Shown piece by piece: positions 13,097 to 23,135 of a DNA stretch of 64,000 nucleotides (its first letter is position 1; each line of letters opens with the position of its first letter). The position numbers and the translations under genes are program-made. The stretch comes from Rhizodiscina lignyota (Eukaryota). The notes beneath the pieces are model-generated. The model made no database searches and had not been told where the DNA came from. It saw only the letters and a list, made by a program, of their open reading frames with translations. Where the stretch lies: positions 1 to 64,000 of the forward strand of contig ML978141.1 of the NCBI GenBank assembly GCA_010015805.1, in the 5' to 3' direction.

Positions 13097-14474
13097 ATGC
13101 CTGCTGCCGCTGTCAAGAGAAACGTTCTCATCGTAGGTGCGGGTCTCGGTGGTCTGGCAGCATCCTTGGCTTTGCAAACGGATGGACACAACGTCACCAT
13201 AATTGATGCAGCACCGGAATTCGCTGAGGTATGTTCCCAATTCCTTGGCTTTCGAACATCAATTCACAAAGACTTTAGGCGGGAGCCGGCATTCGCGTAC
13301 CGCCGAACAGCTCCAGACTCCTCCTCCGCTGGGGTGTGGACATGGAGAATATGAAGAAGTCAACCTCGCAGATGTATCACTTTGTCCGATGGGAAGATGG
13401 CTCGACTATTGTCAAAATTCCATTTGGGCAGATTGTGGAGAATCATGGCGCACCGTACTGGCTCGTTCATAGGCACGACTTGCATAAAGGACTTCTGGAA
13501 GCTGCAGAACGGGCTGGTGTGAAAATTCTCAATAATAAGCATGTCACATATTACGATTTCAATACGCCCAGTGTCAAGACTCATGATGGTCAAGTCTTCA
13601 CGGGCGACTTGATCATTGCGGCAGATGGTAAGCCCACCTTCGGCGACGAGCGAAGACAATGATTCATAACGGCTACTCAGGCATAAAGTCGATCGCACGA
13701 CCGCAACTTACTGGACGCCCTGATATTCCACGCGACACAGGGGATGTAGCATACCGTATCCTCATTCCAGGCTCAGAACTCTTGAAAGATCCCGACTTGG
13801 CATCTCTCATCACTCACCCTGCAACCACCTCATGGTGTGGCCCGGAGGCGCATCTCGTTGGCTATCCAATCCGCGACGGTGATCTGTACAATATTGTCGT
13901 TTGCGCAACTTCGCACAACGAGACCACCGATGACACTTGGGTGGTTAAGGGCGACAATCGGGAACTTTGCCAGCGCTTTGGAAACTGGGAGCCAAGGGTA
14001 CAGAAACTGTGCGCGCTCACACAGGACTTTATGAAGTGGCGGCTGTGCGACCTCCCGGTGCTTACGAGCTGGGTGCATCCATCACAGAAAGTGTGTCTCC
14101 TTGGAGACTCGTGTCATCCGATGCTCCCATACCTTGCCCAAGGTGCTGCACAAGCCGTGGAAGATGCTGCGGTGCTTCGGCAATGCTTGGCTACCGAGAC
14201 GGATTTGGGGAGGGCACTGAAGAGATACGAGATGATTCGCTTGCCGAGAGCGTCACTCATACAGGCCAAGACGAGAGAGCACCAGTATATCTTGCACATC
14301 GACGATGGGACCGAGCAGGAGGACCGCGATGTCAAAATGAGCGTCAATGGAGAGGATAATCCAATATTTTGGGGCTGCAATGATCGAAGACACTGGTTAT
14401 TCAGCCATGATGCTGAAAATCTGAATAAGGAAGGCGCAAACTTTGACCAGGAATCAGTCTTTTCTCGTCTCTAG
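13097..14474 (+). CDS. Group A FAD-dependent aromatic monooxygenase (salicylate hydroxylase / 6-hydroxynicotinate 3-monooxygenase family), PTS1 SRL
   Basis: IVGAGLGG FAD motif, IIAADG, LLGDSCHPMLPYLAQGAAQAVEDA. Introns at ~13229-13278 and ~13628-13680. Ends SVFSRL*. Confidence 0.92.
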
Positions 14475-14723
14475 TCTTCTCTAAAGAGCTACATTCTGGA
14501 AGCCATGTTAACGGTTTCTTCATGCTCATGTCGTCTAAAGCCAACTCTACGGAGTCAGTCGTTAGACGTGTGCGGATGCAGGACTCCGTTCCGCGAAGTA
14601 GCATCCCGGCCAACAAGATCTCAAACAATCCCGACTAAACTCGACTCTCACTCATAAGAATTCCCAACTTCATATATTCTAAGTGTACCGCTGACGTCGG
14701 AGAACATTGGAGTGTATTCAACA

Positions 14724-15507
14724 CTACGTGTGTGTGACTGCGCGCACTACAGGTATTTGACTACGTACATGTGCGAATCCCTTTTTGCACCTGGTGCATT
14801 TTTTACGCGTGAGCCTCGTTTTGTGAACCAATTCGCATGGCGGGTCAGAGCATTTGAATGCTTCAGCGTATTCTTTCAGGTGGATATCAGTCTCGCTGCG
14901 CGCCCGTCTTATTGCCCCGATCCACTCATCCTCGCTAACAGACGATGGCTCTTCATTGTGCTTTACGGTGAAGCTATGAGACGTTAACTCAAGTCGAATA
15001 CGATACCCTGTAGAAGCTGGGGGCGGAGTTACACACATGTTGCATGTGACTCTCCGCCAAAATCGACGATCGCGTAAGATCTGGATTGCCACATGAGGTA
15101 TGCGCTTTCGTGCTGGAAAATACGCCCTCTGTGTCTGAAGGTCATGTATTGTTAGCTTCAGAAGTATTGAAGCAATGGGAGTGCTTGCGTACCATTTCGA
15201 GAAGCGAAAACCACTTCTCTTCCGAACAGCTTTCCTTTTCGATCAAAGTACTGATGACGAATGTTGCCCTGTCCTGCCGGCGTTGCTCAATGTAGGCTGC
15301 TCTGTTCCATTCCGCTCGCAATGTCTCGCGCTCCAGATACCTGGAGCGGTTTCTAACCATTATGCGCCAACAGTCGCGGCAAAAGGTCCAGATCGCACTC
15401 GTGAGAAAGAGAAGAATCACACCCAGGACAAAGCCAATGAGGATTCCTAGGAAGGTCCCGAAGGCCAGCCCGGCTCGTGCGGCTGAAGAATTTGGCATCG
15501 GTGCCAT
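14724..15507 (-). CDS. Hypothetical single-pass membrane protein with CxxC pairs
   Basis: ORFs 15142-15507 and 14724-15092 join in frame through a GTACGC...GCTAAC...CTTCAG intron (~15135-15192). Hydrophobic N-terminal helix LAFGTFLGILIGFVLGVILLFL. Confidence 0.55.
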
Positions 15508-16073
15508 GTCGATGGGACGACTATTGGGACAAGACCTGCTTGCGGCTAACTTTGTATGCGTGTGAAATGCTTGGATCGAGTAAGATGGGAAAATTCGGTC
15601 TGGAAGGGTAGGATGAGAAGCTCATACTCCTTTCTTAATTAATGAAGGCCAGACGACTGTGATGAATTAAGATGTACAGATAAAGATGAAAAGTGGAAAG
15701 AAACTATGAATGTTAATAATATTTGGCCGCATTAGTAAAGGCAGGCGTAACTCAGTTTCAAAGCGTCGCCCTTTCCAATCTGTGGTATTTTGAATTCACA
15801 TGTTCTCGCTAATGCGTACCTGCATTACGATGCGATGGGTGGCGATAGGTCAGTCTCCGTCGCATTGGCCCTAGGACAATGTGTTTTATTCCAACTATCG
15901 TCAGGAAAACATTCGAACGGCTTTTATGTTGTAGCTTTTGAGCTTAAATGCAAACAATGAACAGCAAATGGCATTTACAGTGTCATTTTGACAATCATGT
16001 CTGAAATTAAGGGCGGTGCGCTGAAAAGAGCGTCAAGAAACGGGCTGGCCGCAGCAAGGAGTTCCATTTTGTT

Positions 16074-17698
16074 TTACATCCTCGCTTTTCCCACTTCTGA
16101 TGTCTCGTAGTCCTTGATCCACTCGTATTTATCGCCAAGGTATTTCTGCGCTCGCAAATCTCCGGATCGCGCGTGGCCTTCGAAGTTCTCTGCTCTTGAT
16201 GCCCTTCCGCAAAGTCTTCCCAACTCACCGCTTGCCTTTTCATTCTTGACTTCTTGATACGTTACTGTTCGAAGGAATTTCCCAACCCAGAGACCTCCAG
16301 TATATTTGGCGGCTTTCTTTGTAGGAAGCACGTGATTTGTACCAATGCACTGAAGAGATTATGAGATTGGCGGTCAACAGAGAATTTTGTGGCATCTTAC
16401 CTTGTCACCGTACGACACACAGGTCTTCTCGCCCAGGAATATGGCACCATACGCTGTCATTTTTTCCAGTGCTTCTCGTGGCCTTTGCGTGAGAATCTGG
16501 ACGTGCTCAGCGGCATATTCATCCGCAAGTTTGTATGCCTCATCCAGTGAGTCTACGACCACGACGTCGCCAAGTGTTTTGTACGATGTTCCTGCTAGCG
16601 CTGCGGTAGGTAATCCTTTCAGTAGCTCATCAATTATCTCCATTGACTTGCGCGCCACTCTTTCCGACGTGGTAATGATGGTAGTCGGAGAATCAGGTCC
16701 ATGCTCGGCTTGTGAGAGGATATCCGTGGCGACTGTGAATGGGTCTGCATGTTCGTCTGCTACGACGAGAATTTCGGTTGGTCCAGCAAAGAGGTCAATT
16801 CCGATCTCGCCGTACAACTGTTTCTTGCCCTCTGCTACGAACGCATTTCCTGGACCAGCAAGGAAGTCGACTTTCTTAATCGTCTCAGTGCCGCATGCCA
16901 TCGCAGCGATCGCTTGGACACCGCCCAGAATATGAATCTCGTCAGCTCCAGCTAGATGCATTGCTGCCACGGTTCCGTTTGGAATCTTTCCAGCAATGGG
17001 TGGCGTCATGGCAGTCACATGTTTAACACCAGCCACCTTGGCAGTCAGGATCGTCATGTGCGCGGATGCCAGTAGTGGGTAACGGCCTCCAGGGATGTAT
17101 GCTCCAGTGGTGTTGATAGGGATATTCTTTTGTCCAAGGAATACGCCCTGACGGATGTCAGCTTAAGCCGTACTGCAAGATAGATTAACGGCGAAACACA
17201 TACTGGCTGCATCTCCACTTCGAAATCTTTGAGAGATTCCTTTTGCGCTTCTGCAAATATCCTCACATTCTTTTGGGCCTCTTTGATGTCGTCAACTACC
17301 TGTTTCGGCAAGGCCGCAATTGCCTCATCAATCTCTTTCTGTGAAAGCTTTTTCGGCTCCCACTTGTCGAATTTCTGCGAGTACTTGCTGACAGCAGCAT
17401 CACCATTCTGGCGGACATCGTCAATGACACCCTTGACAATCGAGGCAACATCCAGTTGAGGAGAGGATGACGCGGAGGGTTGTTCTCCCTTCTTGAGGTA
17501 ATGGCGGCCCATGTTGGAAGACACACTTGCGTTGAAGCGGATTTGGTTGTTGGTGAAGTTACGCCCGTATCTCGGCCGATGTTCAAATTTAGAACTGGAG
17601 TTACAATGGCCAGCCGTGACGAGAGGCCTCAGCCCATTTCCCCGCGAGCAGACGGCATACCGCCCCCACCTGGAGAAGAGCAGCGCGGGGTTTGACAT
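16074..17698 (-). CDS. Stand-alone histidinol-dehydrogenase-family enzyme (HisD/HpsN-like), not the trifunctional fungal His4
   Basis: YIPGGRYPLLASAHM, LGGVQAIAAMACG, AGPGNAFVAE, IDLFAGPTE, LSQAEHG, AEHVQ, GDK|CIGTNHVLPT. Introns 17148-17203 and 16350-16400. No HisI/HisE domains upstream. Ends GKARM*. Confidence 0.92.
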
Positions 17699-18734
17699 GT
17701 TGGATTGCGCTGTAGAGTATCCGAACCCGCCGGACGTCTCAATGTACCTTACGAATAAGAAGAAATGAAGTGAGAGCTCGTAGATGGAGTCGGGGGCATA
17801 ACCGGGGGAAAAGCCGACCAGTAATGTGCGGCCGAACAGCGGAAACTCATTGGCCGGAAAGGGGCAAGACACAAGGAAAAGGTGCTTCTCATAGATTTGG
17901 CCGTTGCGGCAGGCCTACTGATCGAGGACACTTGCTATCACCAGAAAGATGAGCATAGCCTTATCTTGGTATATGCTATGATTTTTTGACACTATAGAGC
18001 TGCTCTTGAGGAGCGTGGCGGGGGTGTTTGTAGCTCCGAGCATAGGTTTATGTCGTATTCTCGCAGCCTAGCCGCTTTTGGAATAACGTAACTAGCCTAC
18101 CCTTGAGCAAGTTCAAAAGCCTCTTCACTTCCTTGGACTTTTCCTTCCTCATCAACGCTCTCTTGACACAGCCGACGTCGATGCTTACAGCTACTGTGCT
18201 GATGATGATCTTCAGGCGAATTAGACCTCGGCGAGAACCACGCCACCCGGCAAGTGCGACCAGTAGCTCGGTAGAGATGCACAATACGGAGTTTCACAAT
18301 ATTCAGACCGCCGATTAATATCCCAGGGCTACGTTGCTTAAGAGCCCGACAAAGTCAAACTATTCGATCGGGGGTCTGCGTTGTAAGAACCCCGATGCGG
18401 CCGATAGAAGACTCGCCGACTAAGGACCCTCCTTTTCGAGGTCGCCGAAGTCACGAAGTGGCATGGCGAGGCTAGTGCCTGTAAGGTACATGCTTACAGA
18501 GAGGGTTTGCTTATTTCATCGAGCTATCAGCCACCTCTGTCTGTTCTAGGTTAGAAACCACGATCATTATTCATATTTGAGTTAGTAAGTCATTTAGGAT
18601 TCTATGATACTCAATCCTCAGTTCGAAACTCGGAAGTATTTAAGAATACACATTTCTCCTGCGACGCTAGACTTTAGAGTCTGCATTTCATTTGCATCAA
18701 TACATAAAGCATTTATTTCACAGTGACCAATCAA

Positions 18735-19667
18735 ATGGCTGCAAAACCCGAGGTGCGCTGCTACTTCCACGCCGGTACGGGAACATGGCAATACCTGGTA
18801 TTCGATCCAAGTTCCCTTGAAGCATGCATCATTGATCCAGTGCTTGATTTCGACATAACTTCAAGCAAACTCGGAACGGAAACGGCAGATGAACTCATCT
18901 TTCGCATAAACGAGCTCGGCGTCATTGTCACTCGCATCATGGAAACACATGCTCATGCTGATCACCTCACTGCTTCTCGATACATTCAGCAAAAGCTTGC
19001 TCAGGATGGACATGTCCCACCGGACATATGTATCGGCAAGCGGATCAAGGAGGTACAGTCCACGTTTGCCCAGAAATATGGCATCAACCCTACAGAGCTT
19101 GAGAATGTGTTCGACCACCTGTTCGACGATGATGAGCATTTCAAGATTGGAAAAGTCAATTGCTCGGTCCTCTATCTACCCGGGCATACCCCTGATCACA
19201 TTGGATATATGATCGGCGACAACGTCTTCACTGGTGACTCCATTTTTAATCCAGACGTCGGATCAGCCCGCTGCGACTTTCCTAACGGCTCAGCTACCGA
19301 TCTCTACCGTTCAATGTCAAAGCTGCTATCTTTGCCAGGACATATTCGTCTCTATACTGGTCATGATTACCCTCCTGAAACACGCACAGCCACCGAGAGT
19401 GGTCAGAAACAGATGGCTTTCACCACAGTGGAGCAGCAGAACGAGAGCAACAAGCATGTCAAGCGTGGCACTCCCGAGGCGAGTTTTGTAAAGTGGAGGT
19501 CTGAGAGAGATGCGACACTTGGAGAGCCGCGCCTGCTACACCGGGCCCTGCAAATTAACATCAGAGCTGGACGCCTTCCGCCTCCATCTAAGAATGGAGA
19601 TCGACTTCTGAACATTCCAATCAAGGAGGATAAGGTGTTGTTTGATTTAATGGATTCGAAGCTGTAA
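18735..19667 (+). CDS. Persulfide (sulfur) dioxygenase-like metallo-beta-lactamase-fold protein (ETHE1/SdoA/Blh type), PTS1 SKL
   Basis: IIDPVLDFD, METHAHADHLT, LPGHTPDH, FTGDSIFNPDVGSARCDFP, GHDY, RDATLGEPRLL...NIRAGRLP. Ends MDSKL*. Confidence 0.85.
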   Translation: MAAKPEVRCYFHAGTGTWQYLVFDPSSLEACIIDPVLDFDITSSKLGTETADELIFRINELGVIVTRIMETHAHADHLTASRYIQQKLAQDGHVPPDICIGKRIKEVQSTFAQKYGINPTELENVFDHLFDDDEHFKIGKVNCSVLYLPGHTPDHIGYMIGDNVFTGDSIFNPDVGSARCDFPNGSATDLYRSMSKLLSLPGHIRLYTGHDYPPETRTATESGQKQMAFTTVEQQNESNKHVKRGTPEASFVKWRSERDATLGEPRLLHRALQINIRAGRLPPPSKNGDRLLNIPIKEDKVLFDLMDSKL

Positions 19668-19851
19668 TACTGCAAGCTGTAGCAACAGCTGCTCATGATA
19701 TCATGTATTTTCTTCCCAGGGATAAGTCTGTACAGCGTGGTCGCTTCGTTGGGATATCCGTCATCGACTTGATCTTTTCTGTAGCCATATCCTTTATCCA
19801 GTCTATCTTCTATGCTGCACCACAATAAGAACCTGGCAATCACACCGGATC

Positions 19852-20808
19852 TTATAACTTACTCGTCGAGATGACGTTCTTCAACTCCTGTCCCGCCAGG
19901 AACCTGCGTAGATTGTGCGCAATCAAAGCTTCACACTCTTGCGGCCTGCCACCTGCTGCATGCGGGCTGATGATACAGTTCGGTGCCTTATACAGCGGTG
20001 AGCTCTCCGGCAGCGGCTCCTTCTCGAACACATCAAGTGCGGCACCACCAATTACTCCATCCTCCAATGCTTTGACCAGCGCATCTTCGTCGATCGACGT
20101 GCCTCTTCCCACATTGATGATCCACGCATGATTAGGAAGCAGTTTGAGAGTCTTCTCATTTATCACATGTCGTGTAGCGGATGATCCTGGCAGAATCATG
20201 ACCAGTGCATCAGTTTGAGAGAATAGCTCAGGAATTTCGTCTTCGCCGTACACTTCGACTCCGTTTCTCACGCCAGCTGAGCGGGCTAAACCACGAACGT
20301 TCGCCCCGAGACTCACTAGGTGTGGAGTCAGCGTCTTTGCGATGTTTCCGAAGCCCCAGATGAGCACGTTGGCGCCACGGAGAGATGTGAACTTCCCCTT
20401 GGGGCGATCGGGTTGGGGTCCGCCGAGATGGCCGGGCCATTTGGACTGAACTTGGTAGTCGCGCATTTCGAAGAAGCGGCGGCAAGCATTGAGCAAAAGC
20501 CCGACTGCATGCTCTGCAACAGTGTGATCGTGGAGACCGGATCCGGTGGTGACAACCACAGACGAGGGAAACCCGGCGGCCAGGACGTCATTAGGACCAG
20601 CGGCGAGCGATTGGATCCACTTCACATTGCGCATGCGCTGAGCGGCGTCCTTGAGACACTGTGCACTGTTCGCCCAAGTCACCAAAAATTCGGCGTCGAT
20701 GAGATTCTCAGGAATTGTCTCTTTAGGGTTGTATGAATGTAGCGAGACCCCAAATCCTTCCAAGCTCTTTTCATCGATCACGAGCGACGTAGGATAGAGG
20801 AGCTTCAT
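19852..20808 (-). CDS. D-isomer-specific 2-hydroxyacid dehydrogenase, intronless, PTS1 SKL
   Basis: VAEHA, IWGFGNIA, INVGRG, AALDVFEKEPLP, SPHAAG. Ends ISTSKL*. Confidence 0.92.
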   Translation of the reverse strand: MKLLYPTSLVIDEKSLEGFGVSLHSYNPKETIPENLIDAEFLVTWANSAQCLKDAAQRMRNVKWIQSLAAGPNDVLAAGFPSSVVVTTGSGLHDHTVAEHAVGLLLNACRRFFEMRDYQVQSKWPGHLGGPQPDRPKGKFTSLRGANVLIWGFGNIAKTLTPHLVSLGANVRGLARSAGVRNGVEVYGEDEIPELFSQTDALVMILPGSSATRHVINEKTLKLLPNHAWIINVGRGTSIDEDALVKALEDGVIGGAALDVFEKEPLPESSPLYKAPNCIISPHAAGGRPQECEALIAHNLRRFLAGQELKNVISTSKL

Positions 20809-21614
20809 TGTGACGGACTGATTCAGGCCTCAGATCTTTCAATTGAAAACGTATGAAGTAGAGAATCGTGACTGAATGAAAATCAGAAAGACAATTGACG
20901 TTTCTCCGGACAGCGGAAAAGTGTATGGTTATATCCGCTTTCGGTGAAGATACGGAGCGATGCCCGAAAGTAGATATGGCCTGCCGTAGGGCATGAATGT
21001 CTCCCTCAGAATGCAGGGACAGCTTTCAGCCTCGCTATCTCTCGCCAAGATTGTGTTGTTTGGCCGTAGATGCATATCGGCCGAGTATTACAATACTTTT
21101 CAGAGCTCTGTTGGTCTATATCTTCAACTGACAACGTGACATAACAGGCATCTTGCGACACACCCTCCAACATTCTGTCCCTATCTAAGAGGAAACCGAA
21201 AGAAACCTGCCTCGTCGAAGCATATACTGCATATCGTGCTAGCTCATGAATTAACTAAGCGACGACTCTGGCTGCAAGCTCGGCCATGATACAGGATACT
21301 CTGGCAAGATGGCAATGGCATCAATCGACCCTCCGTGAACCACTCCTCAGCATTACAACGCGTACATCCCTGAGGACAGTGAAGGGTGACAATGCATTAT
21401 GATGCATGGGGAACTAGGGTTACAATTGTTATGGAGTGAACGGGTGGGGGAACGGCGAGATATCAGGCACATGTCTGCGAAAGGCTCAAGATGTCTATTC
21501 AGCATCTGGAACTCCTCATCTCCGCTTCAAAGGGCAATAGATAGCCCATTGGAACGACTTCAAATCTGGCGTATCATACCAGGTTACTGCATCAGGTTCC
21601 TTCACTCTTCTAGA

Positions 21615-21848
21615 CATACACTCTAAATACATACTCTGAACACACACTGAACACACTACAATCATTAGACCCGCTCTAAACACTGAATATACTGTGAATG
21701 CCGAATACATACTAAACACTGAATACACTCTAAACACCGAACACACACTGAGCACCGAATATATCCTAAACACTGAACACACTCTAAACACATCTTTAAA
21801 TATACCCTAAACACTGAACACACACTGAACACACCTCTGAACACACCT
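21615..21848. repeat. Degenerate minisatellite, unit ~18 bp (AAACACTGAAYACACTCT)
   Basis: Repeated aacactgaa/aacaccgaa + cacactct/tatatcct units, visible directly. Confidence 0.8.
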
Positions 21849-23135
21849 TAAGACCTACGACTTAATGCGTTTGTAATAAGTTCTAGATGGCATACCTTGT
21901 ACATCAATTGCCTCACAGGGCCAAAGGTGAAATAATCAACTCCAATTTTCATCTCGGCTCGTTCCAGGGCAGCAGTTCTTGGGTTCTTAAAGGCCCTGTA
22001 AGGGAGGCGATAGCAATTTCACTGTTGTCAAAATAACCATGAAGTGAATATTCATCATAATGTGTCATTAACCATTGCAATTTTAGGCCGAGACAGTCAT
22101 TCCTTGCTCCTGGCCAACCATAATTCTGTAAGGACATTAGAATCACCTTCCAATACCGAGAGGTAGGCCATCAAGTAGAACTATTCCGGCCTTTGCTGAA
22201 GAGAACATTTCCACTAAATTCATGATAAGGTGAACAAATTTCGGAGGTCGGTGGGCCTCAAACTCGATCACACTGAAGCACCTCCCTTGAGACTCCGCCT
22301 CAGAACATTCAACTCGTTCAGTCCACGTCAAAAGGAGGTGAATCGGATACTGATCCAATACTCCAGATTGGTGATCTCCGCTCGCCGCATGTGAGGTCCA
22401 ACATCGAAAGCGGTCCGTTACGGTAATCATATCGACCGCCGCCTAGCGTGGATTGCGTGCTCAAACACGTGACCTCGCACGCAATATCATATAACAACCT
22501 CACCTCTCTTCTCTATGAGATTCCTCAGACTGCTCATACCAATGATTGAATGATACAAATGGTGTATACCCCACTAATGGGACTCAAATGTGAGTTGTGT
22601 GGCCCTTCTGAACTCTCTGATGCTTGCCGGCAAGTAACCGCAGAGTTCGACATTTCAATCTCGTCGCAAATTTCGCTCCCATGTTCATACGTCTTGCTAA
22701 GCTTCAACATATTTCATATTTTGTTCTCCTTTATGTCTCGGTCCTCTTTTCAATCTCCGTGTTGAGTCTTCATGCATGTCTCGTGACTCTGTCCGCCGGT
22801 CGCCATCTCCAACTCGACGGCGACGTCGACGCCGACCTTCCAAGTCAAGGAGGAACCTTAGTGATGCCCGCCGCATTCAATCCGCTCCACGCTGACTCGG
22901 ATGGGCCTCAATTATGGACTGTACCTGGCATCCGACGACCTCACGGAGGAGAAGGGGCCTATGGTGCGGGGCAAGTTTGACCTGGTCGGCGACCTGGAAA
23001 ATGCCGCGTGGTCATCCTCAGCGCTCTCCACCTCCTCTCCTTATCACGCCTTGTATGTCAAACCCATCATAATTCCGGCCATCGCTAGAGATATCATTCT
23101 TTCCAGCACTATAGAGCGTACCTCCTAGAGCCGCA

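Noticed and set aside
10736..14474. Nicotinate (hxn) cluster
   Set aside because: No C2H2 HxnR, Mo-hydroxylase, amidase or cyclic-imide hydrolase nearby. Only family-level resemblance.
16074..17698. Calling the gene HIS4/hisD or hpsN
   Set aside because: It lacks the His4 N-terminal domains. HpsN orthology cannot be established without a phylogeny, so no symbol is given.
18048..18297. Short ORF with DVGC...KRA resembling a pogo/Fot1 transposase fragment
   Set aside because: Similarity is limited to a few residues, with no TIR or TSD.
17820..21090. Shared CGGCCG/CGGAAA promoter motifs (~17829, ~18398, ~21078) as the cluster TF site
   Set aside because: Short motifs expected by chance, and CGGCCG is absent from the MFS/monooxygenase promoter. 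Needs comparative motif discovery.
21615..21848. CRISPR-like array
   Set aside because: Tandem degenerate units with no unique spacers, eukaryotic context, and no cas genes.
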